DNA of 64,000 bases from a candidate division FCPU426 bacterium (GTDB taxonomy: Bacteria > Oederibacteriota > Muellerivitia > Muellerivitales > Muellerivitaceae). The notes beneath the pieces were generated by a model. The model was not told where the DNA came from and did no database searches. It was given only the letters and a program-made list of their open reading frames with translations. The DNA lies in the NCBI GenBank assembly GCA_963771075.1, contig CAVYSE010000011.1, forward strand, positions 256,001-320,000, read 5' to 3'. Position numbers and translations under genes: made by a program. Positions within the stretch are counted from its first letter, which is position 1; every line of letters starts with the position of its first letter. Of the stretch, positions 10,149 to 20,921 are shown piece by piece.

Positions 10149-11954
10149 ATGGCTAAACGCCCTTCCGAACCCTTCAAGAATATTTTTGAGTATGAAAGCT
10201 TCCTGACCATCCTTCGGTATTACGTCGACCTGAATTGTTTCGTTATTCCCGCCGACCCCGGGACGGGGGCGAAGGACTGGCTGGCGGTGAACTATCACCA
10301 GCGACAGGCCTCCCTGTTCGATTTCGAGAAAAAATACAACTGGAAATTTAATTGGGACAAATTAGTCGATCCCCTTTATGAGAGCCAACAGGGTAAGCAT
10401 CAACCGCTTCTCCTCGAGACACTGGGTTTTTACGATATTTTCATGCCCATCCGCCGGGGAAGGGAAAGGCTGGGGACCGTTTTTTCGGGAGCTTTCGCCA
10501 AGGGCGAAGTGACCTATCCCCTATTGCGGTCGAGTTGGAATCAATTGACAAGACAAACGGCGTCCCCTGAAAACGCGGAATTCCGGCAATTCGCGCGGGT
10601 GATGCTGGAAACCCCGGTATTCGATGACCCAACCCTCAATGCCTACCGGGAAGCCCTTGAATTGTTTGCCCGCGTGATGGCCTATGAGAACAATCCCCAC
10701 ACGGCCAAGAGGCTCCAGGAATTATTAACCCGGGTTTTCTCCAAGCGGTTTGTCCACAGTTACTTCATGGGTTGGGCCCTTGGGATTTCCACCCGCCAGG
10801 CCACACCGATTTGGAACATCGGCTTGGAAAAGATGGACTGGATCAAAACCGAAATCGGTATCACCCGTATCCCCACTTGCGTCCTGGCGGTCATCCCTTT
10901 AAATACCGCCGGAAAAAAGCGGGACGCGGTAGAGGAAATGATCCGGATCTACCGGTTTCAACGGCGCAGTTTCATGTTTGCCCAAACGCTTCCCCAAACC
11001 GTCGGAGGTCCACTCGAAAACTACGGGGCTCTTTTCGTTACCTCCCCCGACCCCGCCCCCAGCCGGCTCCAAAGGCGCAGGCGAATTTCCGACATCGCCG
11101 AACGAATCCATCAATTCGCCATGGAAGAGCTGGGCGGCCCGGTCCTAGTCGGGATCGGGGAGTCGGTTACTCCTGGAGAAATTTTAAGCGAATCCTACCG
11201 GCAGGCGGTATTGGCCCTGCACCTGGAAAGGGGGACGAGCAGCGGGGTGGCCTTTTTCAATCAGGGCCGAAAGGAAAAAAAAGAGGGTATATTGGAAATC
11301 ATGCGGTTGGTCCGTGAATTGAGCGGCCACATTATGAGTGCTTCCTACTCAAGCACGGACGCCGTTTTGGATGAGTTCCTCCAGCAGGTTCTCACCCTAT
11401 CCATGCAAGATCCGGAAGAAATACGCCGGCATTTACAATACGCGTTGATCCAATTGATCGAGGCGGTGAAAACCCGGGTTGGTTACCAGGATAAACTCTC
11501 CGACCAGCTGCGTGAACAACTGGTCCTTTCGCTGGAAAAAGCGGGGACCACGCAGGACACGGTCTTGGTATTCAAGGACGCGCTGGAAAAACTTTTGTAC
11601 ATGACCCAAGGACCGGGGACTTTGAACGCGGTGTTCTCCATGGAGGAAGTCCGGGCTTTCGTGGATGGACACTTCCGGGAACCGATCAAGCTCAAACGAC
11701 TGGCAAAGATGGCAAAGGTGTCCGTCTCAACCCTCAGCCGAAGGTTCAAGGCGGCGACCGGCGTGGGTTTGGAAAATTATCTCCAGAACTTGAAGTTGGA
11801 GGAGGCTCGGCGTTTGTTGAAGACCGGAAGCCTTCCGGTCGCCCAAGTGGCGAAGTTTTGCGGATTCAAGCCCGGCTCCCATTTTTCCAGATTTTTCAGA
11901 AAAAAAACGGGTATTTCCCCTCAACTGTTCCGAGTTAAGTCTCCGCGCGGTTAA
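10149..11954 (+). CDS. AraC-family transcriptional regulator with large N-terminal (PocR-like) sensor region
   Basis: C-terminal AraC double HTH (LAKMAKVSVSTLSRRFK...VAKFCGF...HFSRFFRKKTGISP); N-terminal GFYDIFMPI...LGTVFSG resembles a PocR ligand-binding segment. Confidence 0.85.
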   Translation: MAKRPSEPFKNIFEYESFLTILRYYVDLNCFVIPADPGTGAKDWLAVNYHQRQASLFDFEKKYNWKFNWDKLVDPLYESQQGKHQPLLLETLGFYDIFMPIRRGRERLGTVFSGAFAKGEVTYPLLRSSWNQLTRQTASPENAEFRQFARVMLETPVFDDPTLNAYREALELFARVMAYENNPHTAKRLQELLTRVFSKRFVHSYFMGWALGISTRQATPIWNIGLEKMDWIKTEIGITRIPTCVLAVIPLNTAGKKRDAVEEMIRIYRFQRRSFMFAQTLPQTVGGPLENYGALFVTSPDPAPSRLQRRRRISDIAERIHQFAMEELGGPVLVGIGESVTPGEILSESYRQAVLALHLERGTSSGVAFFNQGRKEKKEGILEIMRLVRELSGHIMSASYSSTDAVLDEFLQQVLTLSMQDPEEIRRHLQYALIQLIEAVKTRVGYQDKLSDQLREQLVLSLEKAGTTQDTVLVFKDALEKLLYMTQGPGTLNAVFSMEEVRAFVDGHFREPIKLKRLAKMAKVSVSTLSRRFKAATGVGLENYLQNLKLEEARRLLKTGSLPVAQVAKFCGFKPGSHFSRFFRKKTGISPQLFRVKSPRG

Positions 11955-12229
11955 ACGAGAAAATTTCCTGATTGAACCGGTTACTTTTCGCATGAAATAT
12001 AAGTCCATATGAATGACGTTTTTAGACCAACCACCTTTTCGGCTGACGTTGTGCCTTGTTTTACTTAGCGGTATCTTTTGAAAGCCGGGGATTTCCTTTA
12101 TTGAATAAAAGCGCTTCCTTGGCTTAAAAGGAAATCGTTTTTGGGAATGAGAAAGGCTGAATCCTTTCTCCGAAAAACAGAACGGGTCAAGACCGATAGT
12201 CCCGTCTAACTAAATGGAATGGTTCCAAA

Positions 12230-15200
12230 ATGATTTTTAAATCGAAACTTTGCCTAGTTTCGGCTTTTATACTAGGTATCTTCGGGGGAATGCTTTCGGG
12301 CGAGAACCGTGCCGAGGCGCAAACCGTCACGGTCACCTCCGGCACGACTTATCAAACCATCTCGGGTTTCGGCGCGTCCAGCCAATGGGACAACACCTTC
12401 TCATCCTCGCTCGCGGACACCTTCTGGTCGGACGATTCGAGCCAGCCTCCCGCCAGCCAGGTGAACGGCAATGTCGGTCTTTCCATCCTCCGCCTCGGAA
12501 TTGACGACTCCGGCAACGCCAACTGGGGTTCCCAATGCGCCTTCGCGACCCAGGCGCTGGGCATCAACCCCAACGTCAGGGTCTTCGGCAGCCCCTGGAG
12601 CCCGCCGGCCAAGTGGAAGAACAACAACAGCGTGGACGGCAATAACACCGGCAGCGACGGCTTCAATCCCGGCGCCAACACCAACCAGCTCAACACCGCG
12701 GAATTACGGCAGACTATGCCACCTACCTAACCAGCTTCGCCACCGCCTGCAAGAACACCTACGGCTTTACGCCCTACGCGATCTCGGTCCAGAATGAACC
12801 GGACTACGACCCCAGCTACGACGCCTGCCTTTGGTCGCCCTCGGCCATTGACACCTTCATCGGGACTTATCTCGGCCCGGACCTCAATGCCGCCGGCTTC
12901 ACCAACATCGTCATGATGCCGGAATCCTTCGCGGACAACTTGACCGGGGCCAACACCGCCATGGGAGATTCGAACGCGGCGAAATACGTGAAGGTCATCG
13001 GCATGCACCTCTACGGCGGCGGCCCCAACACCATCCCGTCCAGCTATTCCACCACGGCCGGCCACACCGTCGAAAGCTGGTGCACCGAAATCTCGGAAAA
13101 AACCAGCGACAACAACATCGACAGCGGCGTTTACTACGCCGGCCAGCTTCACAGCTGCATCGTGGACCACAATTTCAACGCCTATTGCTACTGGTGGCTC
13201 GTCCCAACCGGAACCGACGACGAGGGGCTCTGCGACAGAGCAGGCAACCCCACCAAGCGCCTCTACTACGATCGGCAATTACAGCAAGTTCATCCGCCCG
13301 GGTTACGTGCGCATCGGCGCCACCGAGGTGCCCTCGGCGGGCGTTTCCGTTTCCGCCTACTACAGCTCTACCGATGGGTAAGGTCGTGATCGTGGCCATC
13401 AACAGCAATACCGGCTCCACCGAGAGCGAGAACTTTCAACTACAGCGACCTGAACGTGTCTACGGTCTATCCCTGGATCACGGACTCGACCGATAACCTG
13501 GTCCAGCAGACGTCGGTGGCCGTCAGCGGAGGAAAATTTACCTATACCCTGCCGGCGGAAAGCGTGTGTCAGTTTCGTGGCATCGGTTTCCGGAGGCTCG
13601 ACCCCGACTACGACCCCCACCCCGACCCTGACTGGGACGAGAACGGGAACGCCTACCTATTCCTCCACTCCCACCGTCACCCGGACGTTGACTCCTGCCA
13701 ACTCCCCAACTTCGACCTTTACGAGGACCTTGACGGTTACCAGCACTTCCACACCGACCCAAACGACCACCCTCACCTCCACGGTGACTTCGACTCGCAG
13801 TTCCAGCCCGACATCGACCAACACTCCTTCTTCTACTTTCACAAACACAGTGTCTTATACAGCGACCCCCACCCGAACCTTGACGCCAGGAAACACCCCG
13901 ACATTAACGCCCACTTCCTCATCGACCCTGACAGCCACCCCGGTTTTCACGGCCACCGCGACGCCCACCCGGACTTCAACCGCGACGAATACCTCGACCG
14001 TTACTTGGACTTCCACTTCGACGCCCCCATTCACCCCGAGCGCTACTTTATCCTTCACGCCCTCACCCACCCAATCCACGACTCGGACTTTTACGGCGAC
14101 CAACAGCCCTTCCGCGACAACGACCTTCACCTCAACGAATACCCCGACTTCCACGAATACCACGACCCCAACCCGCACCCTGACTCCCACGGTCACCGGA
14201 ACCTCAACCGCCACTTTCCCCTTCAGCCCGACGGTGACTTTGTCTCCAACCTCCACCTTTACCGGCACTATGACCGCAACCCACACCTCCACAGGAACGT
14301 TCACGGGTACGGCAACATCCACCTCAACCTTTACCCCGACCCATACCTCCACCGCTACTTATACAGGTACCGGAACCTCCACGCCGACGGCCACCCATAC
14401 CTTGACGCCCACAAATTCCGCAACATCCACCGTAACGGGTACCTCCACGGCCACCTTCCCCTTCAGCCCTACGATTACCCTATCGCCGACGGTAACGCTG
14501 ACACCTACCTCGTCTTCCACTCCGACCGCCACCACCACCTTGACTTCGAGTTCTACCCCGACCTCGACCCATAGCCTAACGCCCACCGATACATCGACTG
14601 CCACGAAAACTCCGACCTTTACGCCGACGGCAACCAACACCCAGACGTGGTCGCCTACGGCCACCTTCCCCTATAGTCCGACGGTGACCCTGTCCCCCAC
14701 AACCACTTACACTGGCACGGATACGGCGACCCCCACTTGGACTTTCACCTCAACCTCCACCTTTACTTCGACTTCGACTCACACCTTCACGGCCACCGCC
14801 ACGGCCACCCCAACATCGACCCCCACTTCAACTTCGACGGCCAGTCATACTTTCACCGCCACTTCGACGCCAACCTCCACCCCCACCTTTACCACGACCC
14901 CCACGGTGACCTCGACGCGGACCTTTACCCCCACTTCAACCATGACTTCGACCTATACGTCGACCGCCACCGCGACCACGACCTTCACCCCGACCGAGAC
15001 TTTCACGCCCACCTCGGCCATCGTGAATATCAGCTCAACCTCATCCACCTTCAATACACTTTCCGGGTCCGCCGGCGTCACGGCAGTATCCGCGAACCTC
15101 AGCGATCCAAGCGCATTAGGGGTCAACCTCACGAATATCACGGTCAGCGACCTGGGCGGCAACGCGGCGAATGTCACATCCATCAGTGTTTATTTGAACG

Positions 15201-15880
15201 GAATACTTCAGTCTACCGTCTCCGGGTTCACCGGCAATACGGCCACGCTGAGTCTGGGTAATTTCCTGGTCTCGTCCTCGCCGGTCAATGTACAGGTATT
15301 GGTGAACTTCTCCCCCTCCGCCTTTGGCACCTATGAGTTCTCCGTCAGTGGGTTGACGGGAACCAGCGCCAATAACGGGGGACAGCCGGTGTCGATCACG
15401 GGCCTGCCGGTTTCGGGCAACACGGTGAACTGCCAGCAAGCCACGTCCACGCCCACCCAAACCTCCACACCCACCCACACCTACACCTATACCGCCACAC
15501 CGACGCTGACCCCCTCGGTGACATGGACCGCGACCTCCACCTGGACGATCTCGGCCACCAGGACCGGAACGATCACCCCGACCTTTACGCAAACGCCGGT
15601 ACCCCAAAAGATACCGATCCTTTATCCCAACCCGGTGACCGGACCGACGGTGAATGTGCTTCCGCCCAGTTACACGGGAATCTCGACGGTGAGGGTGGAG
15701 ATCTTCACGGTGAATTACCGGATGGTCGTGGATGAGACCTTCTATTCCGTACCCTCCGGAACCAGTGTGACCGTCAACCTGACGAGCAAATGGGGAAGCA
15801 CCCTGGCGAACGGATTGTATTACGTTGCCGTAACGGTGGATGGTCACCGTAGTATCGGAAAATTACTCGTATTGAGATAA
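12230..15880 (+). CDS. Secreted GH30 (xylanase-like) + Thr stalk + beta-sandwich + T9SS-like CTD, broken by six apparent 1-nt insertions
   Basis: Across frames: YQTISGFGAS, SPWSPPAKWK, ISVQNEPDY, PESF, WCTEIS, NYSKFIRPGYVRI. Removing extra bases near 12701, 12711, 13267, 13377, 13435 and 13567 gives one continuous ORF. Confidence 0.85.
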
Positions 15881-15944
15881 GCAAGGCCAATCACGCGGGA
15901 TTTGAAGATCCCGCCGGGCCAACCATAGACAAGGGCCTTCGTGC

Positions 15945-18848
15945 ATGGAACCCGTCCGGCGAAACCGACATATTTTGAATGGTTCCTTTTTTGCCATTCT
16001 ACCATTGGCCCTGTTCCTTGGAACGGTTACACCAGCCCGGGCGGCCAACAAAAATTATTGCGTGAACGTCGATTATTCGGCTGTCCCTACCCTGTGTAAT
16101 TACGAGAAGATCACCCTGATCGTCAACGTGGGCACCTGCGCCTCCGTGGCGGTCACGGCCGACGGGGCCGCGGTGACAGGCGCCACCTACAATTCCTCCG
16201 CCGGAACAGCCATGTTCACTACCACGGGCAAATCCATCGTGGTGACCGCGCAAAATTGGACAACGGGCGGGACGGGCGCGGCTACCAAGGCCACGCTCTA
16301 CAATAATTTTCATTGGGCCTACTCCCTCACCTTTGACGATGGCAGGCTCACCCAATACGAATACGGCAAACCTCTTTTGGATGCGTTGGGCTGGAGGGCC
16401 GGGTCGGCGGTTGTAGCTTCCTGGGCCAACACGGGCGGAGGACCCGGGAGCGGCAATTACTATATGAATTGGGCAACCTTGCAGGCCTTGAGAACGGCAG
16501 GATGGGATATCTTCAACCATTCCTACGATCATCCCAGCCCTGGATTGACCTGCACCAACATGGTCACCGAGTTCGGGCAGAACCAAACTTTCCTTCAAAC
16601 CAACTTTCCGGGCTTCAACGTCACCCATGTGGTTTTTCCCTATGAAACCGACGCGGCGCTGCCCTGTACCGGCTTCCCCCCCACCTATATCCTCTCGGGG
16701 GAATGCGGAGGCGGTTCCTATAACTATGTGGATACCAACGTCAATTCCACGCTCATATTCCAACGCGGCGGCATGTTTGGAACCGACGACACCGCTTGGA
16801 AATCGCTGGCGGCCGCCGCGGAAAGCCAGACCCGGTCCACCTGGCTCATTGAATATACCCATAGCGTCTCGCAGGGCAGCGGGGCCGCGGCCGACGCCTA
16901 CAGTACCAACCAGACCACCCTGACGGACCTGTTCAACTACTTGAACACGAATTTCGCCGCCTCGGGCAATAACAGCATGTGGTTCGCGCCCGCCGCGGAA
17001 GTACGGGACTACCTCTTCACCCGGGACAACGCGGTGGTGACCACCTGCACCGTGAATACGCCCACCTTTACCTCCACCCCGAGTTCCACCGCAACAGCGA
17101 CGAGGACGAACACCCCGGCCAATACCGCTACCCTCAACTCGACCCCGACCAAGACCTCCACTCCAACTTCAATCTCAACCTGGACCCCAACCCGAACCAA
17201 TACCCCCACCCAGTCCATGACGCTATCCCCAACGGCGACCTTGACTCCGACCTTTTCTCTTACCCTGACCCGGACCAACACCGTCTCATATACCCCCGCG
17301 AATTCCACCACCGCCACGCCCACCTTGACCAATACCCGGACGCCTACCGCGACTTCAACCAATACGGTGATGAATACTTCCACGGCCACATGGACGATCA
17401 CTGGGACCGCTACCTCGACATTAACCTATACCCCGACGCGAACCTTCACGAATACGGCGACCGCCACCGCCACCAATACCCCCCCGAATACAACCACCCT
17501 GACCCCGACGATTACTTTGACAAGCACCTCGACCGCGACGCGCACCTCGACGGTAACTTCCACTTCCACGGTTACCTCAACCGCCACGAACACATCGGTG
17601 AATTCCACTACCTCCACACCCACCCGTACGGTGACATTGACCTATACTTCGAGTTCTTCTCCCACCGCCTCCCGCACTTTAACCGCATCATCGACTGCCA
17701 CGTCCACGGGCACTTCTACTGCGACGCCCTTGTTTACGGTTTCCATTACCTCCACGGCTTCCGCCACCCCGAGCGCCACACCCACAACGGTTTTTACCCG
17801 GACAGTGACCGAAACCTTGACCCGCACTCCGGTGAACACCCTGACGATCACCTCCACTTCCACCTACCCCGCGACGCCGACCGGAACCTTCACTTCATCA
17901 CCTACCCAACCCCCATCGCCCTCCGAAACCCCCACCTTCTCGTTTACTTCGACGGGGACCGCTTCCGAAACAACCACACCAACGCCGCCTTTTACGCCGA
18001 CACACACGGCAACGTCCGTTTATACGATCACCTACAGCCCGACCCTGAGCTCCACCCCTACCCTAACTGACACCCTGACCTGGACCGCCACTGAAAGCCC
18101 CAACCCTAGCCAAACCCCGACCCCGTCTTTCACCTGGAGTTCGACAGTGGTATTCACCTTGAGCGCCACCCAGACCTTTACCCCCAGTTCTACAGCCTCT
18201 TTCACCCCCACCGGCTCCCACACGGGAACCCCTACGATGACCCCCACGGCTACCCTTTCATTGACACCCACCCTTACCCCAACCTCCAGCTTGACCACCA
18301 CACAAACATGGACCCGAACAACCACCCTGACTCTCACCAACACCGGGACCCCCACGGTAAGTTGCACATCCACCTACACTTCAACCGCCACACCCACCCC
18401 GACCCTTACCCGAACCTATACTTCAACTCCGTTTCCCACGGTCACTTCCACCCCAACCCTCACCTCCACCCTCACGTTTACGGCCACCCTGACCTTCACC
18501 CTTACCCAAACCCATACCCCAACTTCCACCGAGGTTAATACCCATACCGCGACCCCGGTTCCTTCCGTACCGCCGGGCACGTTAGGGCTTTATCCCAACC
18601 CCGTCACGGGACCGACGGTGAATGTCCTTCCCCCGGATTACACGGGGCCCGCGAATGTTCGGGCGGAGATTTTCACGGTGAATTTCCGGAAGGTGTACGA
18701 TCGTACTTTCGATTCCATCCCAACCGGAACGGCTATATCCGTCACTTTGACCAGCTGGGGCGGGAACGGGCTCTCCAATGGGCTTTATTACGTGGTGGTG
18801 ACGGTGGATGGGAAACGAACCATCGGGAAACTCTTGATCTTGAGATAA
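15945..18848 (+). CDS. Secreted CE4/NodB-type polysaccharide deacetylase + Thr stalk + T9SS-like CTD
   Basis: Signal peptide ending ARA; LTFDDG and NHSYDHP metal motifs; tail LYPNP...LSNGLYYVVV...GKLLILR. Confidence 0.85.
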   Translation: MEPVRRNRHILNGSFFAILPLALFLGTVTPARAANKNYCVNVDYSAVPTLCNYEKITLIVNVGTCASVAVTADGAAVTGATYNSSAGTAMFTTTGKSIVVTAQNWTTGGTGAATKATLYNNFHWAYSLTFDDGRLTQYEYGKPLLDALGWRAGSAVVASWANTGGGPGSGNYYMNWATLQALRTAGWDIFNHSYDHPSPGLTCTNMVTEFGQNQTFLQTNFPGFNVTHVVFPYETDAALPCTGFPPTYILSGECGGGSYNYVDTNVNSTLIFQRGGMFGTDDTAWKSLAAAAESQTRSTWLIEYTHSVSQGSGAAADAYSTNQTTLTDLFNYLNTNFAASGNNSMWFAPAAEVRDYLFTRDNAVVTTCTVNTPTFTSTPSSTATATRTNTPANTATLNSTPTKTSTPTSISTWTPTRTNTPTQSMTLSPTATLTPTFSLTLTRTNTVSYTPANSTTATPTLTNTRTPTATSTNTVMNTSTATWTITGTATSTLTYTPTRTFTNTATATATNTPPNTTTLTPTITLTSTSTATRTSTVTSTSTVTSTATNTSVNSTTSTPTRTVTLTYTSSSSPTASRTLTASSTATSTGTSTATPLFTVSITSTASATPSATPTTVFTRTVTETLTRTPVNTLTITSTSTYPATPTGTFTSSPTQPPSPSETPTFSFTSTGTASETTTPTPPFTPTHTATSVYTITYSPTLSSTPTLTDTLTWTATESPNPSQTPTPSFTWSSTVVFTLSATQTFTPSSTASFTPTGSHTGTPTMTPTATLSLTPTLTPTSSLTTTQTWTRTTTLTLTNTGTPTVSCTSTYTSTATPTPTLTRTYTSTPFPTVTSTPTLTSTLTFTATLTFTLTQTHTPTSTEVNTHTATPVPSVPPGTLGLYPNPVTGPTVNVLPPDYTGPANVRAEIFTVNFRKVYDRTFDSIPTGTAISVTLTSWGGNGLSNGLYYVVVTVDGKRTIGKLLILR

Positions 18849-18875
18849 GGAAATGGAAGGGCCAGGGTAAAACTC

Positions 18876-18915
18876 ATCCCCAGCCGGTGGGACCGGGCTG
18901 GGGATTATTGTTTTT
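18876..18915. terminator. Hairpin between convergent genes
   Basis: ATCCCCAGCCGG...CCGGGCTGGGGAT followed by a T-rich tract. Confidence 0.6.
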
Positions 18916-18938
18916 GGGGAAAATCAACAGTTAAGGGA

Positions 18939-20276
18939 TCAGGGATTCGGCGGGGGAATCGTGCCCGCTCCCGGATCCTCAGTTGGAATCGTCCCGGGTT
19001 GCATCGCGGTGGTTTCCAGCGGGTTCCCCTGCAGGTCGAAATAGTTCAGGGTGCCGTCCGAAAGGGTTACGTCGATCTCCATGGCCCCCCCATCCCCCGG
19101 GTCCACGAATTCCACCTTTTGAACCTTGGAAGCCAGGTAAACGGGGTTGAAGTCGGGGGGTACGGCCGTGTCGTAAAGAAACGCGTCCTGGCCCGCGCCC
19201 ATTACCTTAACCACCCTTGTTCCATCGGCGTTGGCGGTTACCACCGGGTTGGGCAGGCCCACGGTGGTGACCTCGACCTGGTCGTTGGCGGAATTGCAGG
19301 GGATGTATTGTGCCCCGTTGTAAAAATACAAGTCGCCCACATGGTAGGGGTCCTGCCACCACCACCACCCGTCATTCCAAAAGCACCAGCGGTTGAAATC
19401 CGAGTCGTACCACCACCAATGGTCACCGTAGCAACGGGTCCAGAAATAGCTGCCGCCCGAATACCAGCCGTACCATTGATTGCCCGAGGCGTCGAGAAAA
19501 TGGCAAATATTGAAGCTTTTGTCCTTGTGCCAGTAGTAATGGTTCGGTTTCACCTCGGACAGGTTCCATTGGTTGATGGACTTGCGCCAGGGGTCCTGGT
19601 CGATCAGCGACATGGGGCCCCGCACCAACTCGTCATTATATTCCCGGGGGGACATGGGCTTGGCCGCCAGGGACCGGTGATCGGGGCCTTTGCGGGGCGC
19701 GCGGATGATGGAATGGGCCCGGTCGTCGTCCAATAGCTGGGCGCGGTTGGCGAGGGGGTAGGGGATGCTGGCCACCCCGAGTTTTTGAAGTTTTTTCCGA
19801 ACGTAGCCGGGTTGATAGGGGTGGTGCTGGTGGTGGGCGCTGCTCCTCACGGTAGGGGCGCCGGTTGGGGAGCCGGAGTCCGCCGGGTTGATACGCAGGG
19901 TCGTGTCGGAGGTGGCGTTCAGGTCCTGGGGGACGAACTCGGTTTGGACCTGGGGCGCATAGACTTGGCTGTCCCAGGTTCCGCTGGGTTGGCTAACGTC
20001 GATCTGAACCGCCCGGCTTTCGTTCCATTGGTTGATGGGTGTGGAGGGCCGGACGGGACGGGGAATCGAGAAATTAGTACCCGCCGAAGGCCGGGACACC
20101 GGTATGGGCCTTGCCGGGGATTGGGTTTGGACTTGAGGTTGCGGCTTGGTGACCGCCTGGGGGATGGCGGTGGGCTGGTCTTTAACCGGCGCGGGCCGGT
20201 TCACCTGCTGGGCCCAAAGGAAAGAGGGGAAAGACGCCCCCAAAATTAAAAGACCCGATGCGAACCAACGGTTCAT
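18939..20276 (-). CDS. Secreted hypothetical protein, Pro/Gln-rich N-terminus and Trp/Tyr-rich core
   Basis: AGGAG RBS before ATG at 20276; signal peptide; WWWYDSDFNRWCFWNDGWWWWQDP segment. Confidence 0.7.
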   Translation of the reverse strand: MNRWFASGLLILGASFPSFLWAQQVNRPAPVKDQPTAIPQAVTKPQPQVQTQSPARPIPVSRPSAGTNFSIPRPVRPSTPINQWNESRAVQIDVSQPSGTWDSQVYAPQVQTEFVPQDLNATSDTTLRINPADSGSPTGAPTVRSSAHHQHHPYQPGYVRKKLQKLGVASIPYPLANRAQLLDDDRAHSIIRAPRKGPDHRSLAAKPMSPREYNDELVRGPMSLIDQDPWRKSINQWNLSEVKPNHYYWHKDKSFNICHFLDASGNQWYGWYSGGSYFWTRCYGDHWWWYDSDFNRWCFWNDGWWWWQDPYHVGDLYFYNGAQYIPCNSANDQVEVTTVGLPNPVVTANADGTRVVKVMGAGQDAFLYDTAVPPDFNPVYLASKVQKVEFVDPGDGGAMEIDVTLSDGTLNYFDLQGNPLETTAMQPGTIPTEDPGAGTIPPPNP

Positions 20277-20364
20277 GGAAAACACTCCTCTTCAGCGATC
20301 CAACGGTAGGATAGGGTTTAGACGCCTTTCAGAGGGCCTTCCCCCCGCCGGTTAGAAGGCCATC

Positions 20365-20799
20365 CTATAGCAGGCCGATGGCCTTTTTCCATTCGGGAGT
20401 GGGGCGAATGAGTTTACGGGTTTTCAAGTCAAATAAGCCGATCACAAAGGTTCCTTCCGCGCCGACCTGCCCGTCCTCTTTCACCATTTCCTGGTAAACG
20501 AAACTGAGCAGGCCCTTTTGTTCCTGAAGGCGGGTCGTGACGAGGATCTTTTCCCTTAATTTGATTTCCCGCTTAAAACGGATGGAGGCCTCTAAAAGCA
20601 CCGGGCCGAACCCGTAACCTTGGATCTTCTCAACCCCGAATCCGTTCGGGGTAATCCATTCCCAACGGGCTTCCTCAAAGAGCACCATATAGGCTGCGTT
20701 GTTGACGTGTCCATAGGCGTCCAGGTGCTGTTCCCGGATGATGATTTCGTGAATGTGCCCGGAAGAGGCCATTGGCGTTCCTTCGTTTGGGTGGTTCAA
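20365..20799 (-). CDS. Acyl-CoA thioesterase (4HBT/YbgC hot-dog fold)
   Basis: HLDAYGHVNNAAY...FEEAR motif. Confidence 0.85.
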   Translation of the reverse strand: MNHPNEGTPMASSGHIHEIIIREQHLDAYGHVNNAAYMVLFEEARWEWITPNGFGVEKIQGYGFGPVLLEASIRFKREIKLREKILVTTRLQEQKGLLSFVYQEMVKEDGQVGAEGTFVIGLFDLKTRKLIRPTPEWKKAIGLL

Positions 20800-20855
20800 A
20801 TGAGCGCCCCTTTTCCTGTCTATTCCCGCGCGAATTAGTTTTATTTGGTTAAATC

Positions 20856-20889
20856 TTAACGGAATTTTAATGGGCCTCCCCAGTAAAAT
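20856..20889 (+). promoter_or_regulatory. Putative KdpE-type promoter
   Basis: TTAAC-ggaatt-TTAAT, 12 bp, TAAAAT. Confidence 0.65.
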
Positions 20890-20921
20890 CCGAATGAGTT
20901 TACTTAATGGGGAGGTAAAAC

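Noticed and set aside
1718..18373. Many Val-rich minus-strand ORFs and His/Asp/Pro-rich alternative-frame ORFs
   Set aside because: They are shadows of the ACN-rich Thr stalks, with no RBS or independent features
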